In this document: piece by piece, positions 61,805 to 64,000 of the stretch
How the letters are laid out: each line of letters starts with the position of its first letter
Position numbering within the stretch: position 1 is the stretch's first letter
Assembly: GCA_965637545.1 (NCBI GenBank)
Contig: OZ281495.1
Location: 19,592,001 to 19,656,000 of the forward strand
DNA length: 64,000 nt
Direction: 5' to 3'
Source: Phallusia mammillata
Taxonomy: Eukaryota
The notes under the pieces: model-generated
What the model was told of the DNA's origin: nothing
The model's database searches: none
What the model saw: the letters and a program-made list of their open reading frames with translations, nothing else
Translations under genes and position numbers: made by a program

Positions 61805-63339
61805 CAGCAGTTAAGAAAAGTTTGCTTGACAACTTTAAATTGGACATGTTTTGGAGCCAAGGACTGGTTATTGCCGGGATGCGATTAAAACTGGGTCGAT
61901 ATATTGGTTTGATAGGTGGAAATATATGGGATTCGCACTATCACAGGATTACAAAGCAGCGGGTTCTGCTTCTTTCCGTGCGATCGATAAACTCTTACAG
62001 TTCGCGGACCTGAATTAAAAATCGTCAATCTGCTATTGACCGTTGGATGAACACAATTGACACGATTCGTCAACTATGTGGAAAAGCTAACAGTATCCTT
62101 ACCATCCGAATTGCTGCTATTTAGTCATTGTTGTTTCGCTACTGACGGGTTGCAGGCCGCCTATGTCTGTGAAACATTTATGTCGATTTTCGCCTTGTTG
62201 TTTCGGCTTAAATAATATTGTTGCATTGTGTGGTTTTATGGACACCCCAAAACGGTCAAAAGCTATAAATGATGTATTGTTTACAATAAAAAAGTACATA
62301 ACTTTCATCGTACTTACAGAGTTTGCGCACTATCAATAAACGTCCACGTTTAGTAAAAATTAATGCCAAGGCTGCCACTTAGGAACACACTTCTGATCTA
62401 CCTCATTTATCAAACAAAAACTCTAAATTCTCGCACAATTTATCATTTGCAATTTTTCATTGCCCAATGACTTCTCAAGAGGTCACCGGAGTTCGTTTGC
62501 GTCACCTCAAATGGACTGTGCGGAAATAAATTATTCATTTCGACCTGTTGCAGCATCCACCCAACGGTGCGTGGAAACAAACTGCTTACGATAGATGCGT
62601 AATCCAGCTCATAAAGGCTTGTTCCAAGATCAACTGACGTCAATTAGATATCACTCGTTCGTCATTCATCTCGCTGTTTGCTTTGTACAAACGCTGCGCT
62701 ATTTTTCGCAAACTGTGCTTCTCTTCGCATAAGTTCGTTCGTACCTTTGATGTATACGCGTGTTTGTTTGTGCTTAACCTGCCCAACTGTACATATTTTT
62801 CTCAAGACTGTGCAAGTTTGACCTGAAGTTGCCCCGAAATACTCAGAATAAAACTGCACTCTGATTGGTCAAATATGCGGTCAAAAAATAAGTTTGTGTG
62901 CTAGACTCGTATGTGCAAGACTGATTGTTAACCTCTACATGATTTCATGCTTATAACCGCTCAAACCACAATATAAGTCAAGTCAAAGGGAGGTAGACAA
63001 AAATGTTGCTGGGCAACGTCTGTTTATGTGTCCCGAAATATATTTGTACGGTTTTATGTCGAAGAAAGTCTTTAATTATTCGTATGTTACCACTTGTGCA
63101 ACGCAGAAAAACAAGGAAGTTGACTATCACTGACTGGGCAAATTTGCCGGCGCACTTAGCCACAAATATAACAGCAGAGCATTACGCAATTTTCATGTCG
63201 CTGTTTCCCAACCTCTTTATACCTACGTCACACTAACGTGCTAAGTTTTTGTACGCACAATACACTAAAAAACACCGTTTAAAGAAACTAACTTGCAACT
63301 TTATTGTAATAAATGTCGACGCTACCTTCGGTAACGAAT

Positions 63340-63827
63340 TAAAGATGCACCCAATCGACTTAAATGGGTTCGGCCGAAACCGAATATTCGGCAGTTTAGC
63401 CGAATATATTCGGCCGAATCAACCGAATCATTTATGACGTCATGTGATGTCGTTCGCTGCGCGTTTGACATGTAAACATCAATTTATCTAGCAGACAAAC
63501 AATGCAGAAAAGTTGTGTCTCATTATCTTTTTAGTTCTGTGGGTTTTAAGGTTGCCTATGGGCCATGGTTGCCAGCCTGCCAATGAATTACCTTTCATCA
63601 GCAGTGGGAAAAACGATGATGTTTTTTAAATCGCAGTATAGTTGTCGTGATTTTAGTTATGGCGCAGTTTGAAAGATTGTGAGGTTTCTTATTGAGCCGA
63701 AAAGACAAGTTTTACGTTTGAATTTAATTTCGTAAAAGATTCGGTTTCGGCCGAAACTAGTCGATTTTGTAAAAATGGTCGATTCTGCCAAATAAATTCG
63801 GCAAACCGAATATTCGGTACATCTCTA
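63340..63827. mobile_element. Older hAT-type MITE (TAGAGATG TIR) with CCGAATATTCGG palindromic subterminal repeats
   Basis: TIRs TAAAGATGCACCCAAT / ATTCGGTACATCTCTA (degenerate). Flanks TAACGAAT / TAACCAAG (6/8). Confidence 0.7.
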
Positions 63828-64000
63828 TAACCAAGAAGATCAAAATTAAGTGCGTGCGTTGTCACGGACACCTGCATTCGTCACTATAAGCTCTTCAACA
63901 TGCGATGATAGTTGCATTCTGCAATAACAAGTATTTTCAGGACACTTGTCAATCTTTCACGACGCATTATAGTGGTGATTTGTTAAAAAGTGGTTTTAAA

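Noticed and set aside
62443-62859. Two in-frame minus-strand ORFs separated by two stops; possible last exon of a gene beyond the window
   Set aside because: No recognisable domain and no convincing upstream exons. It cannot be supported without a homology search or RNA data.

Overview
AT-rich, intron-dense eukaryotic genomic DNA. It is most likely an ascidian tunicate; this is inferred from the compact introns and an H1-derived sperm basic protein. There are five host genes, all on the + strand: the 3' part of a SUV420H/KMT5B-C H4K20 methyltransferase (to 2462), an hnRNPUL1-like gene (4150-15075), a PDZ-RGS-DH-PH RhoGEF of the ARHGEF11/12 family (~26476-48881, with candidate alternative first and last exons), an intronless H1-like/protamine-like sperm nuclear basic protein (52585-53187) and a BAHD1-like BAH-domain gene (57511-61804). 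Introns and spacers hold many DNA transposons whose TIRs and TSDs can be read directly: nine hAT-type non-autonomous elements, two PIF/Harbinger elements (one with a DDE core ORF and an intact spliced MADF/BESS gene), Foldback/MULE-like elements with 9-bp TSDs, Helentron-type HINEs, and a nest up to four levels deep. The most notable observations are (1) an inverted pair of Penelope-type minimal hammerhead ribozyme motifs at 54677-54886, (2) a Lys-rich tail in the sperm protein whose +1 frame reads as an Arg/RSP-rich protamine-like tail, and (3) a large Ser/Pro-rich alternative first exon that would replace the RhoGEF PDZ domain. All calls come from manual reading; no database searches were run.
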